This document shows, piece by piece, positions 41,690 through 53,565 of a stretch of 64,000 nt of DNA. The position numbers and the translations under genes are program-made. Numbering within the stretch: position 1 is the first letter of the stretch; the number at the start of each line of letters is the position of its first letter. Source of the stretch: Macrostomum lignano. Its lineage: Eukaryota. The stretch is taken from assembly GCA_002269645.1 (NCBI GenBank), contig NIVC01001847.1:62001-126000 (forward strand). Direction: 5' to 3'. The notes under the pieces were generated by a model. The model did no database searches and was not told the origin of the DNA. It saw only the letters and a program-made list of their open reading frames with translations.

Positions 41690-42505
41690 ATAGATCACAC
41701 GCTGACCAACATTTCCTGTTTTCTTAGAAAACATCAAATAGATCACACGCTGACTAACATTTCCAGCTTTCCTAGAAAATGTTAAATAGGTCACACGCTG
41801 ATAAAAATTTCAGGTTTCTTAGAAAATATTAAATAGGTCACACGCTGATAAAAATTTCAGGTTTCTTAGAAAATATTAAATAGGGAAAACGCTGATAAAA
41901 ATTTCAGGTTTCTTAGAAAATATTAAATAGGGAAAACGCTGATAAAAATTTCAGGTTTCTTAGAAAATATTAAATAGGGAAAACGCTGATAAAAATTTCA
42001 GGTTTCTTAGAAAATATTAAATAGGGAAAACGCTGATAAAAATTTCAGGTTTCTTAGAAAATATTAAATAGGGAAAACGCTGATAAAAATTTCAGGTTTC
42101 TTAGAAAATATTAAATAGGGAAAACGCTGATAAAAATTTCAGGTTTCTTAGAAAATATTAAATAGGGAAAACGCTGATAAAAATTTCAGGTTTCTTAGAA
42201 AATATTAAATAGGGAAAACGCTGATAAAAATTTCAGGTTTCTTAGAAAATATTAAATAGGGAAAACGCTGATAAAAATTTCAGGTTTCTTAGAAAATATT
42301 AAATAGGGAAAACGCTGATAAAAATTTCAGGTTTCTTAGAAAATATTAAATAGGGAAAACGCTGATAAAAATTTCAGGTTTCTTAGAAAATATTAAATAG
42401 GGAAAACGCTGATAAAAATTTCAGTTTTCTTAGAAAATGTTAAAAAGATCACACGCTGACAAACATTTCTAGTTTTCTTAGAAAATGTTAAATAGGTCAC
42501 ACGCT
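41690..42505. repeat. 47-bp AT-rich minisatellite, homogeneous core with diverged edges
   Basis: Unit TAGGGAAAACGCTGATAAAAATTTCAGGTTTCTTAGAAAATATTAAA. Confidence 0.95.
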
Positions 42506-43344
42506 GGCCAGCTTCTTAGAAAACCTTCGAAATCACTTTTTTGAGTCTCAAAGCTGCAGACCCGAATCGTGCTCGGCTCTCAACCTTGTGCTCAAATTTC
42601 TTCTTTGCCTCCTTAGCCTGAGTCTTCTTGCACCTTCCTCTTAACAACTCGTTTCCCGGCAGCTGGCGAATTCCCAAAACTCGACCGCATTTAAGGGGAT
42701 ATCAGGTTGGTTGGCCGATTGGCCACGCTCGGTTTGCCTTGGGTCGGGACAGCCAGCCGCATGCTGGGAGATTGTTTTCAGTTTATCTGTCAATTAGGGG
42801 TCTCCAGACCGTCTTCATCTCGATTGCACCTGCCTGTGTCATCAAAATACTAATCAAAATTATTCTCCTTGGGGGAAAATTCAATAACCCAGCGCCCCCT
42901 CCCAATCGCCCAACAAACAGCCTTGCGATTCTCTCTGATTTGTTTGTTGAAGAAATCGGAGACACCGGAGATTCGGGATGAGGAACTGATGAAGTTTGAA
43001 GAAGCAGCGACTGAGAGTTGCGGCCCCGCATCAAAGTGCCGGATTGGGGGAAATTTATATCAATATAATAGGATAATAATTGATTTATCTAACTCTCATA
43101 GCGCCTTCATCAGGAATTTCAGTTCCGTGATGATGGAACCATGCTGATTACAGATCATATATTTTCCTGAGCTTCATCTTCTGCGGTTTCTCAGCCTTCT
43201 GCCCGCCAAGGGCTGCAGCAAGATGGATCGAAATTTTCAATTATGCCATTCAATTGATCACTGCAGGGACTCAGTTCTGCTGCAGCAGCTTCTCCGAGTT
43301 TTGATTCGTTTAAGAAGCGGCAGCGATAAGGATGAGGCTGATAG

Positions 43345-43712
43345 TGAACCTGAGACAGAATCTGAGACACAATCTGAGACACAATCTGAGACACAATCTG
43401 AGACACAATCTGAGACACAATCTGAGACACAATCTGAGACACAATCTGAGACACAATCTGAGACACAATCTGAGACACAATCTGAGACACAATCTGAGAC
43501 ACAATCTGAGACACAATCTGAGACACAATCTGAGACACAATCTGAGACACAATCTGAGACACAATCTGAGACACAATCTGAGACACAATCTGAGACAGAA
43601 TTTGAATCTGAGACAGAATCAAATTGAATCTGAGACACAATCTGAGACACAATCTGAGACACAATCTGAGACACAATTTGAATCTGAGACAGAATCAAAT
43701 TGAATCTGAGAC
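43345..43712. repeat. 12-bp minisatellite
   Basis: Unit TCTGAGACACAA. Confidence 0.95.
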
Positions 43713-44284
43713 AGCTGCTTGAGCTGAAGACAGATCTCTAGAATGCAGACAGCCATGCCACAAAGTTTAGCAAGAATTGAACTCTTCCTGAGCAGTTGTG
43801 TTTGCTCAAAAATTAGTCAGTCTCAATCACCGCTCACTCCTCTCGTCCCCCCCCACCAAGATCCTCATTTAAGCTGAAGCTGAGTCAATGAACAGCCATT
43901 ACTCGAACACGAGGCAACCTCCATCGCCTTAATCAGTCTTTGAGGCGATTAAAAAAGCACTCAAGCAAAGCTCATTTTCAACAAGTTAAATCACTTAAAC
44001 TGAATATTCAGTGCAGCAGCTGTTTTATCGAGCTCTCCCCAGTTCACTGATTTTATTTCGCCATTTGTAGCCCCGTGACAGCTTTCAGATTTCGATACCC
44101 CCTTAGGGCGAGCGAGCGCGTGAGACATCAGGCCTGCCAGTTCAAATACCCCCCGAGGGATTAACGAGTAGCTCCCATATTTAGGGGATCATCTGCACAG
44201 TGGCGCCTCAAAAACAGCAGCCTCTCAGCACCTGGCCCGGTTTGCGGACTGCTACAAAATCCCCTGACTCTGCCTTTTTGTCTG

Positions 44285-44960
44285 CCCTGTCTCTCCCTAT
44301 CTCTCCCTTCCTCTCTCCCTTCCTCTCTCCCTTTTTCTCTCCTTTCCTCTCTCCCTTCCTCTCTCCCTTCCTCTCTCCCTTCCTCTCTCCCTTCCTCTCT
44401 CCCTTCCTCTCTCCCTTCCTCTCTCCCTTTATCTCTCCCTTCCTCTCTCCCTTTATCTCTCCATTCATCTCTCCCTTCCTCTCTCCCTTTATCTCTCCCT
44501 TCCTCTCTCCCTTCCTCTCTCCCTTCCTCTCTCCCTTCCTCTCTCCCTTCCTCTCTCCCTTTATCTCTCCCTTCCTCTATCCCTTCCTGTCTCCCTTTAT
44601 CTCTCCCTTCCTCTCTCCCTTCCTCTCTCCCTTTATCTCTCCCTTCCTCTCTCCCTTCCTCTCTCCCTTTATCTCTCCCTTCCTCTCTCCCTTCCTCTCT
44701 CCCTTTATATCTCCATTCCTCTCTCCCTTTATCTCTCTATTCATCTCTCCCTTTTCTCTCCATTCATCTCTTCCTTTATCTCTCCATTCCTCTCTCCCTT
44801 CCTCTCTCCATTCCTCTCTCCCTTTATCTCTCCATTCATCTCTTCCTTTATCTCTCCATTCCTCTCTCCCTTTATCTCTCCATTCATCTCTCCTTTTATC
44901 TCTCCATTCCTCTCTCCCTTCCTCTCTCCCTTCCTCTCTCCCTTCCTCTCTCCCTTCCTC
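44285..44960. repeat. 12-bp CT-rich minisatellite
   Basis: Unit CTCTCCCTTCCT with TTTAT and ATTCAT variants. Confidence 0.93.
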
Positions 44961-45597
44961 AGTTTTCTGCCACATCTCCAAGCATCGCATTTCGCGAATC
45001 TGTTTAAACACAACTTCCCAATCATGATCTGATGCCATTAATCAGGTTTAAAAAAACCATTAGAATTCCCTCGCAGACCGCGTACAGAGAGTCTGCTTGA
45101 ATGCTAAACATTCACTAAGAAGTTTTTAAAGGCCTGTGCGTCCCATCCGCAATCGATTATTCAATATCCATGTCGTGCTTGCAATGAGCCAGACAGGAAT
45201 TCTTCCCCACTAATAGAAAAAAGTGTTTTCCATCGTATTTTGCTTTGGCGCGTCTTGAACTGCTCACACTGTCTCCCGTTTCCTGGAAAACACTTTTTCC
45301 AATGGCTGATTGCCTGCTTTTTTAAGTAGCCAAAATGCTTTGCAAAATCTGTGTGCTATCTTTCCTGGCTCGCTTCTCATAGTGCGAGTGTAAAAATCTT
45401 TAAAAACACGTTTACTTCAATTTTCAAGCAGCAGCTATTGCTCTGCTTTTACGTAGCTGCTTTTGCTTTCCCTCAATTTCCAAAAAATCTTTCCCATTAT
45501 TTTGCTTCGCTTGCTCGAATCTCGCTTCTCTGTCCAGCGTTACAGCATTTCATTTTCGTATGCGAAATTCGTGTTTTCCAAACAAAACCGTTAAGAA

Positions 45598-45840
45598 AGG
45601 ATTAGAGTGGATTGCTAATCTAGCCAACGTCATGGATTAAGGATTAGGGTGGATTGCTAATCTAGCCAACGTCATGGATTAAGGATTAGAGTGGATTGCT
45701 TATCTAGCCAACGTCATGGTTTAAGGATTAGAGTGGATTGCTAATCTAGCCAACGTCATGGATTAAGGATTAGGGTGGATTGCTAATCTAGCCAACGTCA
45801 TTGATTAAGGATTAGAATGGATTGCTAATCTAGCCAGCAT
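45598..45840. repeat. 42-bp minisatellite, about 5.5 copies
   Basis: Unit GGATTAGAGTGGATTGCTAATCTAGCCAACGTCATGGATTAA. Confidence 0.92.
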
Positions 45841-45960
45841 CACTGATGAAGGAATAGAATGGACGCGTAATGAATGTAGCATTACAGAATCGAAAACTTT
45901 AATACAAACGCAGAGATTTAAAGCCTTTAAAAACTCCAATCAAGTCAACTAAATTTCAGA

Positions 45961-48505
45961 TTAAGCTTCTTCTATCTCTCGACTATCTTTTAGTTTCGCA
46001 GTTGCAACCAACTCTGACGCTTCTTCTACAAGTTTCTTCTGTCTGTCTTCGATCTGCTTCAGGGCGGTCAGCTTCTCCCTGATGAGGCGCCTCAGCCTCA
46101 GAGCTCGTCTGGCCAGTTCCACTCGCTCGGCAACATTCTCGAACCGAACTCGCAGCACCATCCGCTGGTGGCAGCTGCGAATTCGGTCCTCAATTAGACG
46201 ATGCTCGACTGCTTCCACAGAGAAATTGTTCACCGAGATGAGCACGTGACCTGGGAGCAGCCCCGCCTGCGGGATAATGACGGATTTGAGGATTTCAGCT
46301 TCAATCAAAGTCTACTTTAAGCTGTCTCGAAGGTCTACTTTCAGTTTCCCTGAAGCTCTAGTTTCAGCTTCCCTGAAGGTCTAGTTTCAGTTTCCTGAAG
46401 GTCTAGGTTCAGTTTTCCTGAAGGTCTAGGTTCAGTTTCCTGAAGGTCTAGTTTCAGCTTCCCTGAAGGTCTAGTTTCAGTTTCCTGAAGGTCTAGGTTC
46501 AGTTTTCCTGAAGGTCTAGTTTCAGTTTCCTGAAGGTCTAGTTTCAGTTTCGCTGATGGTCTAGTTTCAGTTTCCTGAAGGTCTAGTTTCAGTTTCCTGA
46601 AGGTCTAGTTTCAGTTTCGCTGATGGTCTAGTTTCAGTTTCCTGAAGGTCTAGTTTCAGTTTCCCTGAAGGTCTAGTTTCAGTTTCCCTGAAGGTCTAGT
46701 TTCAGTTTCCTGAAGGTCTAGTTTCAGTTTCCTGAAGGTGTAGTTTCAGTTTCCTGAAGGTCTAGGTTCACTTTCCTGAAGGTATAGGTTCAGTTTCCTG
46801 AAGGTGTAGTTTCAGTTTCCTGAAGGTCTAGTTTCAGTTTCGCTGATGGTCTAGTTTCAGTTTCCTGAAGGTCTAGTTTCAGTTTCCTGAAGGTCTAGTT
46901 TCAGTTTCGCTGATGGTCTAGTTTCAGTTTCCCTGAAGGTCTAGTTTCAGTTTCCCTGAAGGTCTAGTTTCAGTTTCCTGAAGGTCTAGTTTCAGTTTCC
47001 TGAAGGTGTAGTTTCAGTTTCCTGAAGGTCTAGGTTCACTTTCCTGAAGGTATAGGTTCAGTTTCCTGAAGGTCTAGTTTCAGTTTCCTGAAGGTCTAGT
47101 TTCAGTTTCGCTGATGGTCTAGTTTCAGTTTCCTGAAGGTGTAGTTTCAGTTTTCCTGAAGGTCTAGTTTCAGTTTCCTGAAGGTCTAGGTTCAATTTTC
47201 CTGAAGGTCTAGTTTCAGTTTCCCTGAAGGTCTAGTTTCAGTTTCCCTGAAGGTCTAGTTTCAGTTTCCTGAAGGTCTAGTTTCAGTTTCCTGAAGGTGT
47301 AGTTTCAGTTTCCTGAAGGTCTAGGTTCACTTTCCTGAAGGTATAGGTTCAGTTTCCTGAAGGTGTAGTTTCAGTTTCCTGAAGGTGTAGTTTCAGTTTC
47401 CTGAAGGTCTAGTTTCAGTTTCCAGAAGGTCTAGTTTCAGTTTCCTGAAGGTCTAGTTTCAGTTTCCTGAAGGTCTAGTTTCAGTTTCCTGAAGGTCTAG
47501 TTTCAGTTTCCTGAAGGTCTAGTTTCAGTTCCTTAAGGTCTAGGCTCAGTTTCCTGAAGGTCTAGGTTCAGTTTCCGGAAGGTCTAGTTTCAGTTTCCTG
47601 AAGGTCTAGTTTCAGTTCCTTAAGGTCTAGGCTCAGTTTCCTGAAGGTCTAGGTTCAGTTTCCGGAAGGTCTAGGTTCAGTTTCCTGAAGGTCTAGTTTC
47701 AGTTTCCTGAAGGTCTAGTTTCAGTTTCCTGAAGGTCTAGATTCAGCTCTGTTGTGTATTGAACGCGTGGGTTTTATGCGAGTGAGAAAAAGAACTGTGG
47801 AGTCTCGACTGACTTCGCTGCTTTATATTTGTTAGTAAGTGAACCGTGCACGTTGGGTGTATAACACCTGGCCGATTGGCTAAATGTTACGCAATGCTTG
47901 AGTTGAATACAATATTTTTGAAACATAAATACGATGCAACTGAAGTACTCAATAATAGTACTTAGTACTCACGCCACAACAAGCTCCCCTGAAGGTCTAG
48001 TTTTAGTTACCCTGAAGTTCCAATTTCAGCTCCCCTGAAGTTCCAATTTCCAGATCCCCTGAAGTTCCAATTTCAGCTCCCCTGAAGTTCCAATTTCCAG
48101 ATCCCCTGAAGTTTCTATTTCCAGAGCCCCTGAAGTTCCAATTGCCAGAGCCCCTGAAGTTCCAATTTCCAGAGCCCCTGAAGTTCCAATTTCCAGAGCC
48201 CCTGAAGTTCCAATTTCCAGAGCCCCTGAAGTTCCAATTTCCAGAGCCCCTACCTGCCAAGCGGGGCTGCCATCCTCCACGTAGTCCACATACGACAGGC
48301 TCTCACAGCGACCCCGGACAGTCAGGATTCGAAAGGTCCGAATTGCAAATCCGTAGGACTTCCGACCGCCTGCTGGCCGCTCGATAACCAGCTCCTTGAC
48401 CCGACTGTTGGCTTGTTGATCTTGCCGTCCGCTCTGATCTGAGCTGCTTGAACCCAGCGATATGCTGTCGTTGGCTTGACCACCTGTTAAACTATTCGAA
48501 GACAT
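45961..48505 (-). CDS. GRASP/Tamalin-CYTIP-like scaffold (PDZ plus coiled coil), 2 exons, about 185 aa (termini uncertain)
   Basis: Exons 48505-48254 and 46266-45961, phase 0. PDZ: SYGFAIRTF...SYVDYVEDGSPAWQ|AGLLPGHVLISVNNFSVEAVEH...LRV, then VELARRALRLRRLIREKLTALKQIEDRQKKL, resembling the GRASP/CYTIP leucine zipper. An in-frame AG lies 21 nt before the ATG. Confidence 0.75.
46320..47748. repeat. 22-bp minisatellite, about 65 copies (PDZ-gene intron)
   Basis: Unit AGTTTCCTGAAGGTCTAGTTTC. Confidence 0.95.
47985..48250. repeat. 24-bp minisatellite abutting the splice donor of the PDZ gene
   Basis: Unit CCCCTGAAGTTCCAATTTCCAGAG. Confidence 0.93.
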
Positions 48506-49042
48506 TGTTTCCAGGTGTTCACCAGTCTGAGAATTTGAGTGCCTTATGCCGAGAAGGGCTAGAATTTATGCTGGGTGCGCACGGAGAGACAGGGGTTGGC
48601 CTGTCAGATAAGACTCGATACACACAGCCAGCAGTTTTTTTAATAGCATGCATGACTTTTGTGAGGCCACGCACGGTGTTAAAATAGCTATAGGTAACTG
48701 GAGAGAGAGAAGTCTGTGAGCTTTGCAGATCTTGTAGCCAGATGTAATGTAGGCAAGTAGGTGACTGTTGGTTTGGATAGACAAGAGTAAATCAAAGGTA
48801 TTCCTTTCCTTATTTCGGAGATTTTCGGCTGTTTTAACTGTAGTTGAGACATTTCTGTCTCGTTAGATGGCCTCTTTTACTTTCTAGCGTCTTCGATAGA
48901 AAAATTCAGATACATAGCACTGTATTGAAAGTAGTGTGGCTTGTTTATTGTTAGTTTAGGGTCAGCCCTCATAGGTACGAATCTTTCTCTAAAAAAATTA
49001 GAAGTCCATTTTGCAAATCGGATGGTTATGCACACTTGAGCA

Positions 49043-49228
49043 CTGACACAATTAGTGAGCACTGACACAATTAGTGAGCACTGACACAATTAGTGAGCAC
49101 TGATACCATTAGTGAGCACTGACACAATTAGTGAGCACTGACACAATTAGTGAGCACTGACACAATTAGTGAGCACTGACACAATTAGTGAGCACTGACA
49201 CAATTAGTGAGCACTGACACAAGTGAGC
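49043..49228. repeat. 19-bp minisatellite (second copy 53757-53942)
   Basis: Unit GAGCACTGACACAATTAGT. Confidence 0.93.
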
Positions 49229-49694
49229 ATGTGAAACTTTTTGTATTCATGTCCCAAAGCAACTCAAATCAATCTTCAACGAAATAATGCCAATAATTTT
49301 TCAATATTGTCACATTTTTAAGCTTTGCATATCTGACTACTGACTATTCAAACGCATCAGTAGTATCCATACAAGCTTTGAGTCGATATAAAGAACCCGG
49401 AGCCAAGAATTCAACCATTGGGCCAATATAGCGCAGTCACAATGGCTGTGGCAGTTCTCATTGGTTGGTGGTAATAAAAACTCCACTGCAGAATGGCGGG
49501 TTGCATAAAGCATGCTCCTTGGGCTCCGGACCAGCAACGGGCCAGTAGGGTCGTAGCTGCTCTCTCCTTGCTTTGGACACCACCTGCTGTTGCAGAAGAC
49601 AGAAGATAGGAAAAAGACCGTCTGAGTCTAAAACATAATCTGCCGACTTCTACGATTCATGTGAGTCGACTGTTCTGGGTTCTTGGTTTTGTAG

Positions 49695-50485
49695 AACTTC
49701 ACTCATGAACTCCATCATAAACTCACTGAAGAACTCACTCATAAACTCGCTCCTGAATTCACTCATGAACTCGCTCAACAACTCACTCATGAACTCGCTC
49801 ACCAACTCACTCATGAACTCGCTCATGAATTCACTCATGAACTCGCTCACCAACTCACTCATGAACTCGCTCACCAACTCACTCATGAACTCGCTCACCA
49901 ACTCACTCATGAACTCGCTCACCAACTCACTCATGAACTCGCTCACCAACTCACTCATGAACTCGCTCACCAACTCACTCATGAACTCGCTCACCAACTC
50001 ACTCATGAACTCGCTCACCAACTCACTCATGAACTCGCTCACCAACTCACTCATGAACTCGCTCACCAACTCACTCATGAACTCGCTCACCAACTCACTC
50101 ATGAACTCGCTCACCAACTCACTCATGAACTCGCTCACCAACTCACTCATGAACTCGCTCACCAACTCACTCATGAACTCGCTCACCAACTCACTCATGA
50201 ACTCTCTCACCAACTCACTCATGAACTCGCTCATGAATTCACTCATGAACTCGCTCACCAACTCACTCATGAACTCGCTCACCAACTCACTCATGAACTC
50301 TCTCACCAACTCACTCATGAACTCGCTCACCAACTCACTCATGAACTCGCTCACCAACTCACTCATGAACTCGCTCACCAACTCACTCATGAACTCGCTC
50401 ACCAACTCACTCATGAACTCGCTCAACAACTCACTCATGAACTCGCTCATGAACTCACTCATGAACTCACTCATAACCTCACTTA
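49695..50485. repeat. 24-bp (2x12) minisatellite (second copy 54409-55199)
   Basis: Unit ACTCACTCATGAACTCGCTCACCA. Confidence 0.95.
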
Positions 50486-50829
50486 TGAACGCATTCACGA
50501 ATCAATATTATCAACATTATGAAGGTTGATATCTCTTGAAATTTGATAATCCTGTCATCTGGGCAGTGGGGCTTCCATTTAGCCGCTACGGAAATACGGA
50601 ATCAGTTGTGTTTTTCATCACTGTCAATCAGCGATAGAAAGTATTCGATGCGCCCAGGCAAACAGGCATCTGATAGAAATCAACTGCCTCTTTGATGTTG
50701 CGTCATTTGATCTGAGGAAGCTAAGTTGAGAATTTCGCCTCTGCAATATTTACTTATGATGTACACAGGCTTGAAATGAACGTTCCGAATCCCTCAAAAC
50801 ACCACCCAATCCTTCAGGACACTACCCTA

Positions 50830-52265
50830 CCCTTCAAGACACTACCCGATTCCCTCAGGACATACCCGATTCCCTCAGGACATACCCGATCCTTCAGGAC
50901 ACTACCCGATCCTTCAGGACATACCCGATTCCCCCAGGACATACCCGATTCCCTCAGGACATACCCGATTCCCTCAGGACATACCCGATTCCCTCAGGAC
51001 ATACCCGATTCCCTCAGGACATACCCGATTCTCTCAGGACATACCCGATTCCCTCAGGACGTACCCGATTCCCTCAGGACATACCCGATTCCCTCAGGAC
51101 ATACCCGATTCCCTCAGGACGTACCCGATTCCCTCAGGACATACCCGATTCCCTCAGGACATACCCGATTCCCTCAGGACATACCGGATTTCCTCAGGAC
51201 ATACCCGATTCCCTCAGGACATACCCGATTCCCTCAGGACATACCCGATTCCCTCAGGACATACCCGATTCCCTCAGGACATACCCGATTCCCTCAGGAC
51301 ATACCCGATTCCCCCAGGACATACCCGATTCCCTCAGGACATACCCGATTCCCTCAGGACGTACCCGATTCCCTCAGGACATACCCGATTCCCTCAGGAC
51401 ATACTCGATTCCCTCAGGACGTACCCGATTCCCTCAGGACATACCCGATTCCCTCAGGACATACCCGATTCCCTCAGGACATACCGGATTCCCTCAGGAC
51501 ATACCCGATTCCCTCAGGACATACCCGATTCCCTCAGGACATACCCGATTCCCTCAGGACGTACCCGATTCCCTCAGGACATACCCGATTCCCTCAGGAC
51601 ATACCCGATTCCCTCAGGACATACCGGATTTCCTCAGGACATACCCGATTCCCTCAGGACATACCCGATTCCCTCAGGACATACCCGATTCCCTCAGGAC
51701 ATACCCGATTCCCTCAGGACGTACCCGATTCCCTCAGGACATACCCGATTCCCCCAGGACATACCCGATTCCCTCAGGACATACCCGATTCCCTCAGGAC
51801 ATACCCGATTCCCTCAGGACATACTCGATTCCCTCAGGACATACCCGATTCCCTCAGGACATACCCGATTCCCTCAGGACATACCCGATTCCCTCAGGAC
51901 ATACTCGATTCCCTCAGGACATACTCGATTCCCTCAGGACATACCCGATTCCCTCAGGACATACTCGATTCCCTCAGGACATACCCGATTCCCTCAGGAC
52001 ATACCCGATTCTCTCAGGACATACCCGATTCCCTCAGGACATACTCGATTCCCTCAGGACATACCCGATTCCCTCAGGACATACCCGATTCCCTCAGGAC
52101 ATACTCGATTCCCTCAGGACATACTCGATTCCCTCAGGACATACCCGATTCCCTCAGGACATACTCGATTCCCTCAGGACATACCCGATTCCCTCAGGAC
52201 ATACCCGATTCCCTCAGGACATACTCGATTCCCTCAGGACATACCCGATTCTCTCAGGACATACA
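50830..52265. repeat. 20-bp minisatellite (second copy about 55544-56760)
   Basis: Unit CCCGATTCCCTCAGGACATA. Confidence 0.95.
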
Positions 52266-53424
52266 TGATCCTTTGGGACCTCCCAAAATCCTTCAGGCTA
52301 CCCTCAAATTTCTTTCAGGCTAGCAATATGTCCCCAGTTCCAGACCCCACTCCAGAATAAAACAGTTGAAATATTCCTATTTCAGCAATTGCACTAAAGG
52401 GGTCTTCTAGAATATTATTATTACTAAGCTTAACAATCAGCTGCTCACACAGTGCTCACAAAGAGGTGTGAATTTTATTGCGGAAAACTGAAGCAACAAA
52501 CATAGCTAAGCGTAAATAGAAAAGAAAATAGATTCACCACCTGTTGCAGCCTGTTGCAGAAGAAGAGTCTTTTTGCAATTGCAGTGACATTGCTTCATCA
52601 ACTCATGGGGCCCTGGTTCCATTAGGCTTGGTCACGAGAATTAACAAACCCCACGAGGTCCAGTCCCCATGGCACAGAGACTGTACATGCCTGACGATTT
52701 GCCAATTTGCAGTTGTGTCTGAAGCTGGGGAGTTGCTCCGCCAGTCTGTGTCGCCATGGGCCTCCTTGCGCCCGATTGCCAACCCCTCCCTGGATAATTT
52801 ACGATCGCGGAAGGCACAAATTCAAGATGACCCGCGCCCTGCCCGCAAGGAGTCGTGTGTGCGTGTGTTCGTGCGTGTGTGCGTGTGTGTGTGTGTGTCT
52901 GTGTGTGTGCTTCTTTTTCTTCCGCCTAAGGGAAAACAGGCCCATGCCACGGCCATTGTGATGCATATCTGGTGCCGGTCAGTCCAACCCTTTAATATTT
53001 CGGAATATCTGTTTGAACCCAGCATTCTGATACATAGGAATATATTTGCATTGACAATTTGCATAGCAACCTCACTGCCCGCCACTCCATTACTGAATTG
53101 GGATGGAGGTTAGCCAGACAAATCCCCGGACAAAGTCGTGTTAATAGATTTTTGGCTTCGTTTCCTGGCCTTGTGTATGAGGCAATCCACCCCCCCCCCT
53201 GTTCCAACAACAGCTGTTGTCAATTCATTTCGGCTTTCGCTGCGGTCCCCTGCGTACCCGCTCGTATCACTGTGTAATGTGTTCGAAATATCCCTCTCCA
53301 CTCCATTCATATTGATTTCGAGTGTGCAGAAATATGATTAACTTTCTTTGGCAACTTTCCAACAGACAAAAGTAACACATCTCAAAAATGGGTTGTCAGT
53401 TGAAATGGCACATTCTACAGTCAA

Positions 53425-53565
53425 AGCATGGTTTTTACAGTCGAAGTGGCACTTTTTACAGTCGAAGTGGCACTTTTTACAGTCGAAGTGGCACTTTTTA
53501 CAGTCGAAGGGGCACTTTTTACAGTCGAACTGGCACTTTTTACTGTCGAAGTGGCACTTTTTACA
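53425..53565. repeat. 21-bp minisatellite at the duplication junction (diverged second copy about 57915-58125)
   Basis: Unit GTCGAAGTGGCACTTTTTACA. Confidence 0.9.

Larger units (their letters stand above)
48849..53562. repeat. Tandem segmental duplication, copy 1 (4714 bp)
   Basis: Starts ACATTTCTGTCTCGTTAGATGG, identical to 53563. Contains 19-, 24-, 20- and 21-bp arrays in the same order as copy 2. Confidence 0.95.

Noticed and set aside
42780-43350. Possible extra minus-strand exons downstream of the PDZ gene
   Set aside because: There are acceptor-like sites but no convincing donor in the preceding exon and no recognisable domain.
45841-46100. CTGATGA hammerhead core motifs (also at about 60223 and 61480)
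   Set aside because: There is no paired stem II followed by GAAA or compatible stems, and one lies in a coding exon.
52740-52800. HDV-like ribozyme resemblance (GGGC-CTCCTTGC-GCCC as P3/L3)
   Set aside because: The candidate P1 has a mismatch, there is no GG after P1 for P1.1, and no credible P2 or J4/2.
49337-53341. Short ORFs inside the duplicated block (e.g. 52544-53113)
   Set aside because: They have no recognisable domain, run through a TG microsatellite, and are preserved in both copies only because the duplication is recent.
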